Below, piece after piece: positions 26,290-40,180 of a stretch of DNA of 64,000 nt. Source of the DNA: Callorhinchus milii (Eukaryota); the NCBI RefSeq assembly GCF_018977255.1, contig NW_024704743.1, positions 85,624,001 through 85,688,000 of the forward strand, read 5' to 3'. Position numbers and translations under genes: made by a program. The notes beneath the pieces are model-generated. The model saw only the letters and a list, made by a program, of their open reading frames with translations. It searched no databases and was not told where the DNA came from. Position 1 is the stretch's first letter; each line of letters begins with the position of its first letter.

Positions 26290-27845
26290 AGGAAGTCATG
26301 GACTTTCTTGTGACCAAAATCGACAAAATCCACTTGACTGCGTCTTTCTCCTCCCCCTGCTCCAACTCCTCTCCTTCTGTGCCTTCCCCCACTGTCCCAA
26401 ACTGAACACCTTTACCTCCATTTCTCCCCATTCCTAGCCACCATCATAATCCACCATCATAACCCACATGAAGCCTATGACCTGCTCCTTGCAGGTGGAT
26501 ATAATAATAATCCTTGCATTTGATATAGCGCCTTATCATGTCTTTGAGATGTCTCAAAGTGCTTCACAGAATATAGTGTAAAGTGAATTGACTATATTTT
26601 GTGGGCAAAACGCGGCAGCCAATTGTGCAAAGTAGTGTCCCACAAACAGTTGTTGATTGAAGTGACCAATTTATTATTTTTTTTTGGGGGGGGGAGTTAT
26701 TAACCCTGGAAAAGCGATCCGCCAATCGACTAACAACTGGGTTCCTACTTACTGCTAGGTAAACAGAGGCGTGTGGAGTTAGGAAACTTGCCCAAAATTT
26801 TGCCTTGCTGGGTATCGAACCCAGGTCTCTCGTTTGCGAAGCGAATGGTCCAGTACCTGTAACTGAGCTACAGGACTCCATATAGTCAAAGTGTCGCTCA
26901 CTTCTGGTACTGTCCCCCTCCTCTTCAAACCCCAGTCATCAATCCCTACCTTTGATCCCTTCAATCTCCCCGACTACCGGCCCATCTCCAACTTGCCCTT
27001 CCTATGCAAATTCCTGGAATATATTGTTGCTATTCAACTTCACACCACCTTTACTTCCATTCCCAGCTTGAGCCCCTCCGGTCCGGTTTCCACCTTGCTC
27101 ACAGCACTCAGAATGCTCTTGTCAAAGTCACTACTGACGTTGTCTGTCTCCAAGACTAAGGCTCCCTTTGCCTCCTTGACCTTTCTTCCACTTTTGACAT
27201 GTGGACCTCTCCTCGATTGTTTCTCCTTCTCATCCATTTCTGTGGGACTGACTCTCCTTGTTCCAATCCTACTTGGCCCACTAGCTCCACTTTGTGTCTT
27301 CCAACAGTTTATCCTCTGCCCTGACATGATCGCCTGTGGAGTACCTCAGGGCTCTACCCCTAGTCCCTCCTTTTCCTCATCTACATGCTTGACAACATCA
27401 TCCGCAGACATGGGGTTAATTGCATCATATATATGTATGACACCCAAATCTACTTTTCGACATCTAGTCTTATTACAGGTTCACGTCCATTATCCAATCC
27501 TCGTCAGGCTCCTAACAGATCAATCAAGTTTCACCCTTAAAAATAAATCCCTTTATGCCCTACCAACTCCCTATTTCTGTGGCTTTCTCATACTCCATTA
27601 TTCTGCTTGTCATTCCCCCCCCCCCTTACTAACTCAGCTCTGCTGTGCATCCCCTGCCCCCTCCACACTACTGTCGGTGGCAGAGCCTTCGGTTATTATG
27701 CTTCTAATTTCTGGAACTCCCTCCCTCTGCGTTGCCACCTCATCCTATGATCACCCTTACCCCTTCCTTGCTCAGCGTCTGACACTCACTGTGACACATT
27801 CTGAGATCCTATGTGAGAAGAGAGTTTTAGAAATGAAAATTGTTG
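26290..27845 (+). mobile_element. Highly degraded L2 LINE interrupted by a SINE
   Basis: Motifs DYRPISNLPFLCKFLE and CGVPQGS, with an L2-type tail near 27790-27845. Confidence 0.8.
26501..26879 (-). mobile_element. SINE family, long (undeleted) full-length copy
   Basis: tRNA head, complete CORE-like block (gcctctgtttacctagcagtaagtaggaaccc), Deu-like segment and tail. Confidence 0.9.
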
Positions 27846-28393
27846 TGTTCTATGGTTTCATATCAAGCTTTACACAACTGGCAGATCCAAGGACAGGGGA
27901 ATGATTGGAATTATAAAATGTTGGGATTAGGTCAAATATTATTTGTTTCATGAAGCTAGCCTTTTTATTATGTGTGCAGTTCTCTTCCCTTCCCGCCCCA
28001 CTCCCAATCTGCTATCTTACAGTTATCTTCATTACAATAATGTAGGTGTCAAATCCCAGTGGTTTCAATGATCTTCAAGTGCTACTAGGAACATTTAGTT
28101 TTATTATTTGCACTATCTCAGTAATATGCTTTTAGCATTCTACTGCCAAGTCGGAAGCTTGCACTTCGTGAATGACCTGCTGAGTCCAGGAAATAGGTAG
28201 ACTGACAAATGAGTGTGATTTACTTCCCTTCCCCAACCCAGAATACTCAGATCATGGAGTAGTTTGTGCTTGTGTAGAATTTGTGTTGATTTCCTTTCTT
28301 GAATTGTTTCGGTTTACTTTGTTTTTTTCTAAAATAACTCAGTAGTTCCATCACTGTGCCTATTTAATGAAGTGAAACTCTCTGCTATTCCAG

Positions 28394-28686
28394 GGTATGT
28401 TCAAGCATCTAAAACTGAGAAGAAGTTTTCAACGTGCGCTCCAAACTACTCCTACGCTGCCCTGTGTGAATGTTTGCGACGAGTATTCATTTATCGCCAG
28501 CCTACACCTGTCGAAAGCGTACTTTACAACAGGAAGGAGGCACGGCGAGTGGGACAGGTCGCCAAGCAACAGGTTGCCAGCCTGGAAACCAATGATCCAG
28601 TCTTGGGCTTTCAAGCTACAAATGAGAAGCTGTTTGTTTTAACAACCAAAAACTTATTTGTAATCAAAGTAAACATAGACGATTAG
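28394..28686 (+). CDS. NUDCD1: NUDCD1 last coding exon
   Basis: Acceptor ctattccag|GG. Translates (G)[36 protein letters not shown]...[43 protein letters not shown], ending at TAG 28684-28686. Confidence 0.97.
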
Positions 28687-28959
28687 CACTCTTCGGATGG
28701 TTTTGAGGATTTGTAGTGTACTATGTAAAGCAAATTGTTAGTTTAGTTATTGACCAATAATGGAAATGCTCAGTGTATAGTGTGTATGTGTTTGTATGTA
28801 TGTCTGTGTATACATACAGTATACATGAACACACAGAATGACATCTGTTCCTATAGATCTGGACACCTTAGAGGTACAGATTAAACAGATTTATTTTGAG
28901 CAAATCCATTAATGTTTGAAGTTAGTCCAGTTCAATAAGTGTACCTTTTTCAACATATA

Positions 28960-28965
28960 AATAAA
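28960..28965 (+). promoter_or_regulatory. Probable NUDCD1 polyadenylation signal
   Basis: First AATAAA, about 275 nt after the stop codon, followed by a T/GT-rich tract (catgttttatttgt). Confidence 0.6.
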
Positions 28966-29010
28966 ATGGCTTCAGACTTTTGAATCTGAGCATGTTTTAT
29001 TTGTAATTAA

Positions 29011-30720
29011 AACAACAATAACTTGCATTTACACAGCGCCCTTCATATGAGATAGCATCTCAGAGTGCTTAACAGTGATGGAGCCTGATACCTAGCTGGG
29101 GGGAGGAGGAGGTGACCTTAGACATGGTCCAAGAGGAAGGTCTTTAGGCATAATTTGAAAATGGGGAAGCAGAACACAAGGCAGAAGGATTGAGGGAAAA
29201 AGTTCCAAAGTTTGGGGGATTAGTGGCTGAAAACAAGGCCGGCAGCGATGGAGTGGAGGGGTAAAGAGACGAGCAAGAGGCTGAAGCCAGCCGATCGGAG
29301 TTGGGTAGTGGGGTGGGGAATAAGCAGGTAGAAGGTGCCAGGACATGAAGACTAGTGTGAGGATCTTGCAATTGATACGTTCTGTGATAGGGACCCAGCG
29401 GAGCCTGGAAAGGACTAGTGTGATGGGGTACGGAGTTTAGTGCGGGTGAGTTTAGGGGCAGCTGAGTTGAATTAATTAGATTTGGTTGATTTTGTGGAGT
29501 TATGGAGACTGGCGAGGAGGGCATTGGAATAATTGAGGCGGAAGGTGACGAAAGCATGGATGAGGGTTTTGGCTAACTGGGTGTATGGTATGATGGGAAG
29601 TGGGCAATGTGATGGAGGTGGAGGAAATTGGTCCTGATCAGGGAATAGGCGTGGGGTAGGAAGCACAGCTGGAGATCGTACTTGACATGTAGGTTACGCA
29701 CAGGTTCGATGTGTCTGAAAGATAGGCTGGAGAAGTTGCTTTGGTCAGAATCACAGGAAAGAAGACATTGATGGGCGACAAGGAATGGCTTCCATCTTGG
29801 CTGCTGGAAGTTTGCGCTTATCCAGGCCTTGAGGTCTTAGAAGCAAGGTGACAGGACATCGGCTGTCCTAGAGTCACAGCCCGATACATTGGGTGTCATT
29901 TATCTACTGTATGTATACACATGTGGAAGTTGACCCCATGTGTGCGGATGACATTGCCGAAAAGGAGCATGTAAAAAGGAAAAGAAGGGGCCAAAGATGG
30001 AGCCTTGGGGTACACCACAGGTGACTGGTAGTAAAAACGGTTTGCAGCAACAAAATGATTAAATAGGACTCAAATCAAGCGAGTGAAGTCTCGCTAAGGT
30101 GGGCGAGGGAGGAGAGGTAGTGGAGGAGGATGCCATGATGGACTGTGTCGAACTCATCAGAGGTCCAAGAGGACAATAATAATAATAATCCTTGCATAAT
30201 CCTTGATATAGCGCCTTATCGCGTCTTCGAGACGTCTCAAAGCGCTTCACAGAATATACTGCAAAGTGAATTGACTGTATATTTTGTGGGCAAAACACAG
30301 CAGCTAATTGGGCACAACAATGGTCCACAAACAGTCGTGGATTGAATGGATTTTTAAAAAAAAATCTTTGAATCACAAAGGCAGAGGGAGCCCTAATCAC
30401 AGAGAGAGAGAGGACGTCATTTGTGACTGACTGAGCCTGAGGAGTGTGACTGGTTGACAGTGTCTGGGGGCAGAGGAGGGGAAGTTGAGTGACCAGCAGC
30501 TGGGTGGGGAGGGGATCGAAGCAGGAGGTGGTGGGCTTCATAAGGGTGATGATGATTGAGAGGGAGTGGGGAGTAATGGTGGTAAAATAGTTCAGGTTGA
30601 GAGTAGTGGTAAGGCGCTATACAATGTAATTTTGTATTGTGGTAGTAAACGTGCCGGAAGGAAGGCATGGGTGGTGTTTGCTAAGGGGCACGGTGAGGAA
30701 ATGGAGACAGTTAGGCCAAA
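29011..30720 (-). mobile_element. Degraded L2 LINE antisense to and just downstream of NUDCD1, with a nested SINE 3' fragment (30175-30365)
   Basis: Motifs [16 protein letters not shown] and IHAFVTFRLNYSNALLA. The (TTG)n tail lies at 29011-29020. Confidence 0.85.
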
Positions 30721-30997
30721 CTGGTGAGAACATCTATTGCTATAGAAGTGCACCACTGTTTAGTGATCTCAGAGCAGTGTAACCCAGTTTGCTCTCTGTG
30801 GAACTGAAGTTCTGGCAGGGAATGGCTTTGAATCATTGCAGGTTATAAGCACCCATGCCCTTACAAAATTAAACTTAAAAACAATTGATGAACACAAAAA
30901 AGTCATGGTTGTGTTACATTTTTATATTGCCAAATTCCCTGTGGCTGTGGTTGTCCAAGAAGACATTTTGTTAGCAGTATCACACCTTTGGTTTTGT

Positions 30998-31312
30998 ATA
31001 ATAATAATCATCATCTTTAAATTTGATATAGCACCTCATCACATTGTTTGAGATGTTGTTGAGACAGCTTCACAGAATATACTGTAAAGTGAATTGATTG
31101 TGTTTTTTGTGGGAAAAACGTGGCAGCCAATTGCACACAGCAGTGACCCGCAAATAGTCGTGGATTGAGTGATCAAATTATTTTTTTTTTTTGAAGGGAT
31201 TATTAACCCTGCAAAGCCATTCGCCAATTGACTAACAACTGGGTTCCTATTTACTGCTCAGTAAACAGAGGCATGTGGAGTAAGGAAACTTGCCTAAAGT
31301 TTCGCCCTGCCT
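30998..31312 (-). mobile_element. SINE family, long form lacking the tRNA head
   Basis: Aligns to 26501-26810. Confidence 0.85.
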
Positions 31313-34300
31313 GTGTATATAGTATTGATGTACTGTGCTGAATCGCAGACCTGCTTAGCGTTGCTTGAAAAGCCTAGATTCATAGAACACACCATTTCAA
31401 GCTTTTGTGGCAGACATCTATGCAGGAAAACAGCTTCGGAAAATTGCAAAAGGCATTAGGGAAAAAAATAAAGTGTATAGCTCATCTAAGTATCCGCATG
31501 TCAAAAAAGCGCCTCTCTGCAAGAGGTTCGTACTGAATTTAGAATAAATCTAAATCTGCAGTCTTTTTTTCTCAAGTCTTAAAATATCAGGACTGGTTTC
31601 AGAATAGTTATTAGCATGAATCACCAACCAGCATTGTGCTGAAATAGTAACAGTGCTTTGTTCTGCTGTTTCTAGACCTTTACCCATCAATGTCTCAACC
31701 ATAATCGGACTATCTATGTTCAGGCAGTGGCTTCAGGATGCACCCTCCAGGGGAATGAGAAATTGTTCTTGTTTATTCAATGCCAATATTCATTTTTGCA
31801 CTCATTTTCTCAGTTGAAAATAATTATTTAAACTTTATAGAATCTTTGTTGAGGCCATATTTGAAATGGGATTGGGTGGAGGGTTACAATCAGAGTTCCT
31901 TAAAAGATCACTTGGATAAGTGGAGATGCCTTCAAGTAATCAAAAATAATCTTGCTCTTACCTCTGTAGGAATGGGAATCCTTAGGAACACTTTAGAAAC
32001 ATTTAGATAGTCACGTACAAGTTTACGAGAGAGTGCCCTTAGGACTCCCTGACTCACTAAGTCAGACATCAGCCATGCATGAAATTGATAAATGGATAGC
32101 ACTTTCCAATTGGGCACTTCAATTTTATATAGACTGCAAAAAGACTCCTAACAGGACTACCTTTCTTTTCTTACTCATCATATTCTTCTCAAAGTGATGG
32201 TTGTTCTCAATACAAGAACAACAACTTGTATTCATATAGTGCGCCTCACGCAGCGGAGCACCCAAGTGAAATACCTGAGTCTGACTTTATATCAAATCCT
32301 GTTTTAGCTAGTTAAACTCCATCAGTATCTGAAAGCACACTCCAGTGCCCACAAAGCTTGACTCTTGCCAACCTGCGCTTAATAATCTCCAGAACAGGTA
32401 AGTAATGTTTCTCTCCAGGAAGAGACTGGCATTCCATTCAGGCACATCAAAATTTACATGTAGGTGGTATGCATACGCCAAACCTATCAGACCTCAAATG
32501 TCCTGATTCTGTTAGTCATAATTCTGTGATTCAAAAACATAATTATTGGTGGTCATCAATCCCTCTAGTTCAACCGTTTTAATGTTTCTGGCATTTATGT
32601 ATTTAGCTACAGCTAATTTTGTTTTCTCTGTCTGGCTTGTCTGGTCTTGCTATCTACCTTTGATCTTTTTGTTATTGATCTAATTTGCCTTTTTTTTGGC
32701 TGTTACGCTCTTCACTCCGACCTTTAATCAATCTTTCCCATTTCCTGATTATCAGCACTCCTTAAATTTGTACCAGTACATTTACTCACCTCCAAATCTA
32801 GTTTAAATGAATCCCAATTGCTACATTTATCTCCTGTATGTTAGCTCAGCTCGCCATCTAATTAGGTGTAGACCATCCTTCTTATGAATGTACATTCAAC
32901 TTGAATTTTGCAACTAATTCGATTCCTGTGTCCCCAAGTATATTCGATTAATTAAGAAATAAATAATCTGAAGGTAAGATATAAGATAACCATGTAAATG
33001 ATTAACCAACCTGCAAATTAGACCCCATTGTTCCAGCAGATGATTTAAAAAAGTGAAGAGCAAGTTTTCCAATTAATAGTAACATGAAGATTGGTATGAA
33101 GGTATCATTTTCATGTGATTTGATGGTTTCTCATTGAGAGTGTTTTGTCTATTTTTAGGATATCTGCAGAGTGGCCAAATATAACATTCCATACAATTAC
33201 CTCATTCATGTAATCTGCTCTGAACCATAGAAAGCATATATTGTAGGATATAGAATTGTGAGGATGAGGAAAAACAAAATGCACCCCCAGATCAAATAAA
33301 TATTTTTATGATTTGTAAGTTCCAGGATTTCCCTTAAACTAGTAGCTAATAACCCTATAACAATGAATCTTTGGTTTTGTATCAGTCTGGTAGAGGGATT
33401 TGCAGCTCTTAACAAACAATACTCCCTTAGACAAACAAACAGAAATAAAAAATATTCTCCTGAATCCGTTTACTAAGTTTTTGTAGGTGCTCCAGAATCC
33501 AGGAATAATAATATAATCAATTTTACAGTATGTGATATAAAACCCAGAAAAGACAATTGCATTTCATCCAACCAGTTATTCAACACATTAGCCAAAGGAT
33601 TTCTGTCCCTACTTCTTGTTATTCACAGTAATATTAACTTTATAATTAGAGCAAAACTGGATAGGATCAAGAAAAGTAACAAGTGATTCATTGTCTCTAA
33701 CATATAGGTTCTAGGGTAGAGAAATCAGCATCTCAGTGAATTAAATATCCTGGCCAATATTTTATTCCTCAGATAACATTGTCATTCACATCATGCATGG
33801 CTGCAAATGGGACATTGCTGTGCACAAATTGGCTACCATGATTGCCTATAATATACAATCACTACAATATCCTGTGAAGCGCTTTGAGATACCCTCACAA
33901 CATGAAAGGGGCTATATCAATGTAAGGATTGTTATATTAAGAAATGGATCCATATGAGTTTTAAGGATTAATGAGTGAATCATGTGACTTGATACACTTA
34001 AAATATTCTTAAAATTGTGTGTGAAATTTTGAGTTATTCTAAAACTTAACGAATAGTTTACTTGTTTTTGATTCTTGAAGCCATTTCTCAAAAAACAATC
34101 CATATACTATATATCCTAGCCTATTATTAGAGATGTGTGATCAGGAGAGAGAATGACCATATTTGAATCCTTTTAAGCACCCGTTTTGAACCCCACAATG
34201 TTGATGATTTCTCAGCCTTGATATTCAGGGTTGATGCAAAAATGGAAGAGAATATGTTTTCTAACATCTTTGCACCAGCGGAATTTTATGGACAAGCAGT

Positions 34301-35477
34301 CAGCGAATTATTTTACTTGCTTATGCCAAATAGTCATATTTTACATTTTATCTTTTCCCTCTTCCAGTTAAAAGAGAGTTTGATTTCTCCTTTAAATCAT
34401 CAACAGCAACTCGCATTTATATAGTGCCCCTCTTAGAAGCATCCCAGAGTACTATAATCAATATCTATCATCGAGCTACAGGTAGTATGAATAAATAGAA
34501 GAAAAAAATCCTCATTTCAAAATGATCTTCTATTATAGCCATTGATAATGGGTTCACTAACAGAAGAACAGCCAAACAGCTGAATAGCAGGAATTATTTA
34601 TGACCTAAATACCAACCAAATTGAGATCTGAGCCAAATATCCTTCATCTTATTTCGAGTTGATCCAATTCCCTTCCAAAGTGCAAAGGCGAATTTAATGA
34701 CTTGCATATGTCACCCAGTCCTCTACCTTGCTAGCACAAACCAGCAGTCATGATAAGAAAAATCCATATAATATTTAGCAATTAGTTTGTCGTTGGAGGC
34801 TCACAAAAATAGCTCCATAAAGCCTTATATCCAAGGGAATTACCAAGAAGTAACATTTGCAGTTGTTAGAACAATTATTTCATCAAAACCCAATTCACAC
34901 CTTAAGAGATGCATAGATCTAGATGTTCATTGATTCATTCTTGCAAGGAGATGCTTTCTAGTTTTCTGAATATGGAGGTTCAACAGTACAGTACTTCCCA
35001 ATCCTTCCACTTTTCTCAAGGAGAGTGAGCACTTGGTTGCAGACTATGTTACTCACTATCGACTTTTACTTCAATGCCAAAGAAAGAAAAACCTTGAAAA
35101 CATCAAACTAAGAAATAAATTGAAATATTTATAAATCACATTGAGTAGTACAACCTCTTCTGAATTATATTGATTGAACTTGGATTACATTTGATATGAC
35201 ACTGAAATTTTGGAAAATTCAGAAATAAGAACAAAGAATTGGTGTACTGCATAGGATTTCCTAAAGTGAGAAGCTAGGTGAAGGCTGAAAGGCTACAGTG
35301 AGGTATATCAGCAGAGTTAGAAAGAAAAGCAGAAATATTGTAAGAAGCAATTAGGTATACGCAAGTTTAGTCTTTAAAAATAGATCCTTCAATGGGGAGC
35401 TGGCATGCACAGGCATAGTGGACCAATTGTCCTTCTTCTGTGCTAAAATTCCTGATTTCCTATGTAGACTGTACGAT

Positions 35478-35781
35478 GATAATTATAATCTTTGCATTTG
35501 ATATAGCGCTTTTCACGTCTTCCAGACGTCTCAAAGCGCTTCACAGAATATACTGTAAAATGAATTGACTATATTTGTGGGTGAAATGCGGCAGCCAATT
35601 GAACACAGCAGTGTCCCACAAATAGCAGTTGATTGAAGTGACTAATTTATTCTCGCTTTTTTCTTGAGTGATTATTATCAAGTGTGTGGAGTAAGGAAAC
35701 TTGCCCAAGGTTTTGCCCTGCAGGGAATTGAACCCAGGTCTCTCGCTTGCGAGGTGAGTGGTCTAACCACTGAGCTACAGC
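35478..35781 (-). mobile_element. SINE family, short form
   Basis: Head, deleted CORE-like block and tail gagacgtctggaagacgtgaaaagcgc. Confidence 0.88.
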
Positions 35782-36243
35782 ACGATGTAGCAAAGTTGAG
35801 GAATGTAAAGGTTCCATATTTTTGAAATTGTGGAAAACGATGAAATCAAATGTGAGAGTGCAATGAATTTGGATTTCAACACAACATAATATGCATAGGG
35901 CAGAGGAAATCTCTGAGAGCTGAATGGGTTAACTTACAAAGACAGAAATAATTTGATTATATAATGCTTTGTCATAATAATAACCATTAGATTCGGTATA
36001 GCACCTTTCACCTCACGAAGATGTCGCAAAGCACTTCATAGGATATATTGTAAAGTGGTGTGACCATTTTGTGGGCAAACACATCAAAACAGCTCAAAGC
36101 ACTTCATTTAACTTTAAGCGTATTTTTGTAGGGAAATGCCTCAGGTTTTTGAGGCGGCAAGGCCTCACAAGCAAGCATGAGGTAAATGAACAATTAATCT
36201 GGACAACTGTTGGCTAGGACACCAGTAGAACCTCTTCTTTTCA

Positions 36244-36460
36244 AATAATAATAATAATAATAATCCTTTCATTTGATATAGCGCTTTTCATGTCGGGAGG
36301 ACGTCCCAAAGCGCTTCACAGAATAAACTGTAAAGTGAATTGACTGTATATTTGTGGACGAACGCGGCAGCCAATTGCGCACAGCAATGTCCCACAAACA
36401 GCCGTAGATTGAAAATGACCAATTTATTATTGTTTTGTTTTGGAGGGATTATTATTAGGC
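36244..36460 (-). mobile_element. SINE family, young 5'-truncated copy
   Basis: Near-identical to the 3' half of 60627-60939. Confidence 0.9.
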
Positions 36461-38446
36461 ATAATGTCATGGAGATCTTTAGCGTATTCCTGAAAAACAA
36501 ATAGACGTTTTGCATATTGCTTTAAGGCTAAATTGGCAACTGGACATTGCCAATGAGCAGCAAGCAGGAAGCATAAAATGATTCTGGCAAAGTGACTGGG
36601 CAGAGTGTTGAAGATAGTGTAAGTGTAAGGTTGAAATAAAGGAACTATTGAATCTAAACTGTGTTGTAAATTGATAAATAATGCAGACAGAATCACGATT
36701 CAACTGCTCTTCCAAAGGACAGCACATCTTCCCAATACTGCACTGGAGCATCAGACTTTGAGATTGATTCCCAATGTGGGGCTTGGACCCACAACCTGAA
36801 AAACAGCTATCACATCAAGTTAGAACAATAATAAGACAAAATCGTCTTATTGGCTAAAACTAGGTGGAAGTTTAGGCCTGAGGTTATAAAAATCAGTTTT
36901 GTATAGAGGCCAATATCATGTTTCATGTGACTGGAGTACAGTGATGGATTATGGATATAACATATCGTTTCAGTGAATGTTTGAGATTTATAATATGGAC
37001 TTATGAAACATTTGAATGAGTACTTGAGGTAACTCAAGGCTTTGAAGTGTGGCTGATTATTATGGCCCTCAATCACTATCCAAATGTCACAAGGTGATTC
37101 TTCCTCACGGTTTCTGATTGGTATTAAACTTCTTCCATAATTGGTTCATTCCTCACCCCAGTTTGCGGGCTTTAACATTGCTGGTCAAGAATATAAAACA
37201 GCAAAGAATGCATAGGCATTATTCTGCTCTTCATGAATAATGCCAGAACTTGGTTAACGGGGCATTGAGGAGAGTCTGGTTACCCTAGCAACTGTTGCAT
37301 TTTAGGATTCACTTCAGTTGAACAGAGCAATTCTGAGAATCCAGGCCACCTTATAAATATTCATCTGAACATCAGCGAGACAAATAAAGTACTTCTTATT
37401 AATATTCTACTTAAATAATATCAGAACAGATAAGGTCATTCTTATTGAAATTTGTTTATAACTGATGTTTTAGCTCTTCTCCAACTTGAACCATTGAGAA
37501 AATATTGAGGGAGACTTTAGTAGAATTTGTTGTGAGGTTTGATTCTACAAGAAGTTGCTTTGAGAGACTAAAATCCTGATATTTCTATACTTGATGGAAG
37601 ACTTGACAGAATATGCCAATATGCCAAATGAATATCCTTATCATACATCCAATTGCTGCTTGTAACTACATTATTCCTTACTATGTAAACGGGAGTAAAC
37701 GGATAGGTTAAGCACTCCAGGACGCTACCCCACATGAAGGGCACTATATAAATGCAAGTTGTTGTAGTTGTAGATTCAAATCAACTTTGTGATTTGCCAA
37801 ATGATCTCCTGCTGGAGAGGTGGAGCGGGGGGCATTTTAAAAAGAATTGGATGAGCACATGAATCGGAAGAGCATTAGAGATCGGGGGAAAGAGCAAGGA
37901 ATTGGGATTAGGGTGATGGTGTCTGGAAGAAGCAAACACTGATGCAAAATTGTGGGCCAAACGGATTCCTAATGTATCATACACTTCCATGGTTCTGTGG
38001 ACAATGTCTCTTGATTTAGCACTGCTGTTCAATGACCTTGATAAAACATTCCATGTGAAACTCCCAGGTCAATAAAAATAAAGAGACACTATCTTCTTGC
38101 TATCTTTATGTCAAAATGTTTGCAATAATTTTTTTTCAGTTTTGTGGGAAAATAAATCCAGGAGGAGTTGAACATAACTTTTATAACAGATCAATCATGT
38201 GTTGTTCACTCACTGCACCACTTTGTTCATTGCATGCTTGTGATGCGATGTCCCATCAATAGTGCAATGGGAATGCACTGCAAAATAGTGAACAGCCCAT
38301 AATAACCCCAAACAAAGTCAGAAGTACATGGAGTATACTATATTTCATTGCAGTTCAAGTCAGCATGATTTGGAGTTTTTAAGATGTCTTGCTGACATGA
38401 TAAGGCACCACATCAAATTGCAAGATTTAAACATTTGGGGAAGAAA

Positions 38447-38755
38447 ATAATAATAATAATAATAATCCTTGCATTTGATATAGCGCTTTTCACGTCGGGA
38501 GGACGTCCCAAAGCGCTTCACAGAACACACTGTAAAGTGAATTGACTATATTTGTGGGCGAACGCGGCAGCCAATTGCGCACAGCAATGTCCCACAAACC
38601 GTCGTAGATTGAAAATGACCAATTTATTATTGTTTTTGGAGGGATTATTATTAGGCTGTGTGGAGTAAGGAAATTTGCCCAAGGTTTCGCCCTGACCTGC
38701 CTGGAATTGTACTCAGGTCTCTCGCTCGCAAAGCGAGTGCTCTAACCACTGAGTT
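38447..38755 (-). mobile_element. SINE family, young short form
   Basis: Aligns over nearly its full length to 60627-60939. Confidence 0.9.
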
Positions 38756-39774
38756 ATTCAATTAATTTTCTCCCCACTGGCTTATCTATCCACCACGCTA
38801 TCGGAGCTGCCCCACCAATCATTTTTAATTAAAGTGGTGCCCATTGGTGGAAGAGCCAGTACTGATGCATGGACTCTAATATCGAACATCTCAAGGACTT
38901 TACAGGTAATTGTTGTTTCGTCCACAAAATACATGGTGAATCCATTTTATAGTATGTCCTGTGAAGCACTTTGAGGCGTCTCGAAGATGTGATTAGACGC
39001 TATATCAAATGCACGGATTATTATTATTAACTGTGTATTTCTAGGCAAACGCAGCAGCCAATGTGACAAACATCAATCTTGAGGTATGATTTCAAGGGGG
39101 TACTCACGCACAAATGCCCATTCTTTGTGTGTAAGATGAGTAAAAATCTATTTTTTTCTGATGATTTTTGTCAGTTACGATCGATTATGTTTCTAAACCA
39201 AATTTTACTTTCTGCCAAATTTTGGCAAATTGTCAAAAATTATCAATTTATCTCTGCTTTGTGTCTTTTTTTTTTAAAAAAGGATAAATTGACAATTGTC
39301 CCAGCAATTTCTCTGCTGCCCAAGTAGGAAGAAGTTTATGTTTTAGACGTAACCCATTGGTAAGTCACTTTCAGTATTAGCAGTGTTTTTAGGCTCCCCT
39401 TTCCCTAAGCTAACCATTTCAGCACTTAGGACATCCTCTCAATGTGAAAGGTGCTATATAAAAGTACATTTGTATTGTATTTTCCCATAACATTTCTAAT
39501 GATCCAGCTGTGTTTGTAGTTTTTTTTAAATTCTTCACCTTTTGGCAACATAAAAAAATTATACTTAAGCCTCTCAATGTGTTTATATTGGCTTGGGGAA
39601 CACCACAAAAAAATACAAATATAAGTGTTTACCTATTTTCAACAAATCCAGGAAAGCCTATTCATGCGTGAATAAAGACAATGGATGTTGGTCGATTATC
39701 TAACATTATCTCACAGTGCTGTACTGCCGGCCTTGCCTGATATTCAAGCACGTGCACTTTCCACAGATATCATT

Positions 39775-40180
39775 ACAAGATCACAAGATTGGTTTGGATA
39801 AAGAAGGCCCTTCAGCCTGCTTGATCATATTCCTCCAGAACACCCACCCTACCACCCCCTATCACAACATCAAGCTACTTTTTAAATGAATCCAGTAATC
39901 CAACCTCTAACATCGTTCCTGGCAACCTGTTTCATTTGTTGATTACGCTCTGTGTAAAGACAAACTTCCTGGTGTCTGTCCGAAAATCACCCTTTGCAAC
40001 TCTAAACCTACATCCACTTGTTCTACTGGCTGGATGTATCCTAAAGTACTGATCTGGAATTACACTTTCAATACCATTTAAAATTGTATACACCTCTATG
40101 AGATCCCCTCTGAGTCATCTTTTCGTAAGGCTGAAAGCCCTAGCTTGTCTAACCAATGCTCATAGTTCATTCCTCTAACA
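39775..40180 (-). mobile_element. CR1 LINE 3' fragment
   Basis: Minus strand gives RGDLIEVYTILNG and FVFTQSVINKWNRLP-like segments. The same 3' end recurs at about 54645-54735. Confidence 0.75.

Noticed and set aside
26891..27904. Longest ORF in the track (337 aa)
   Set aside because: It lies wholly within a decayed L2 and drifts in and out of the RT frame. It lacks YADD and has no ATG start. C-rich L2 sequence is naturally poor in stop codons.
32300..32397. Plus-strand exon-like segment (ttttag...CAG|gtaagt)
   Set aside because: It has stops in all three frames, lies downstream of the NUDCD1 poly(A) signal, and has no partner exon.
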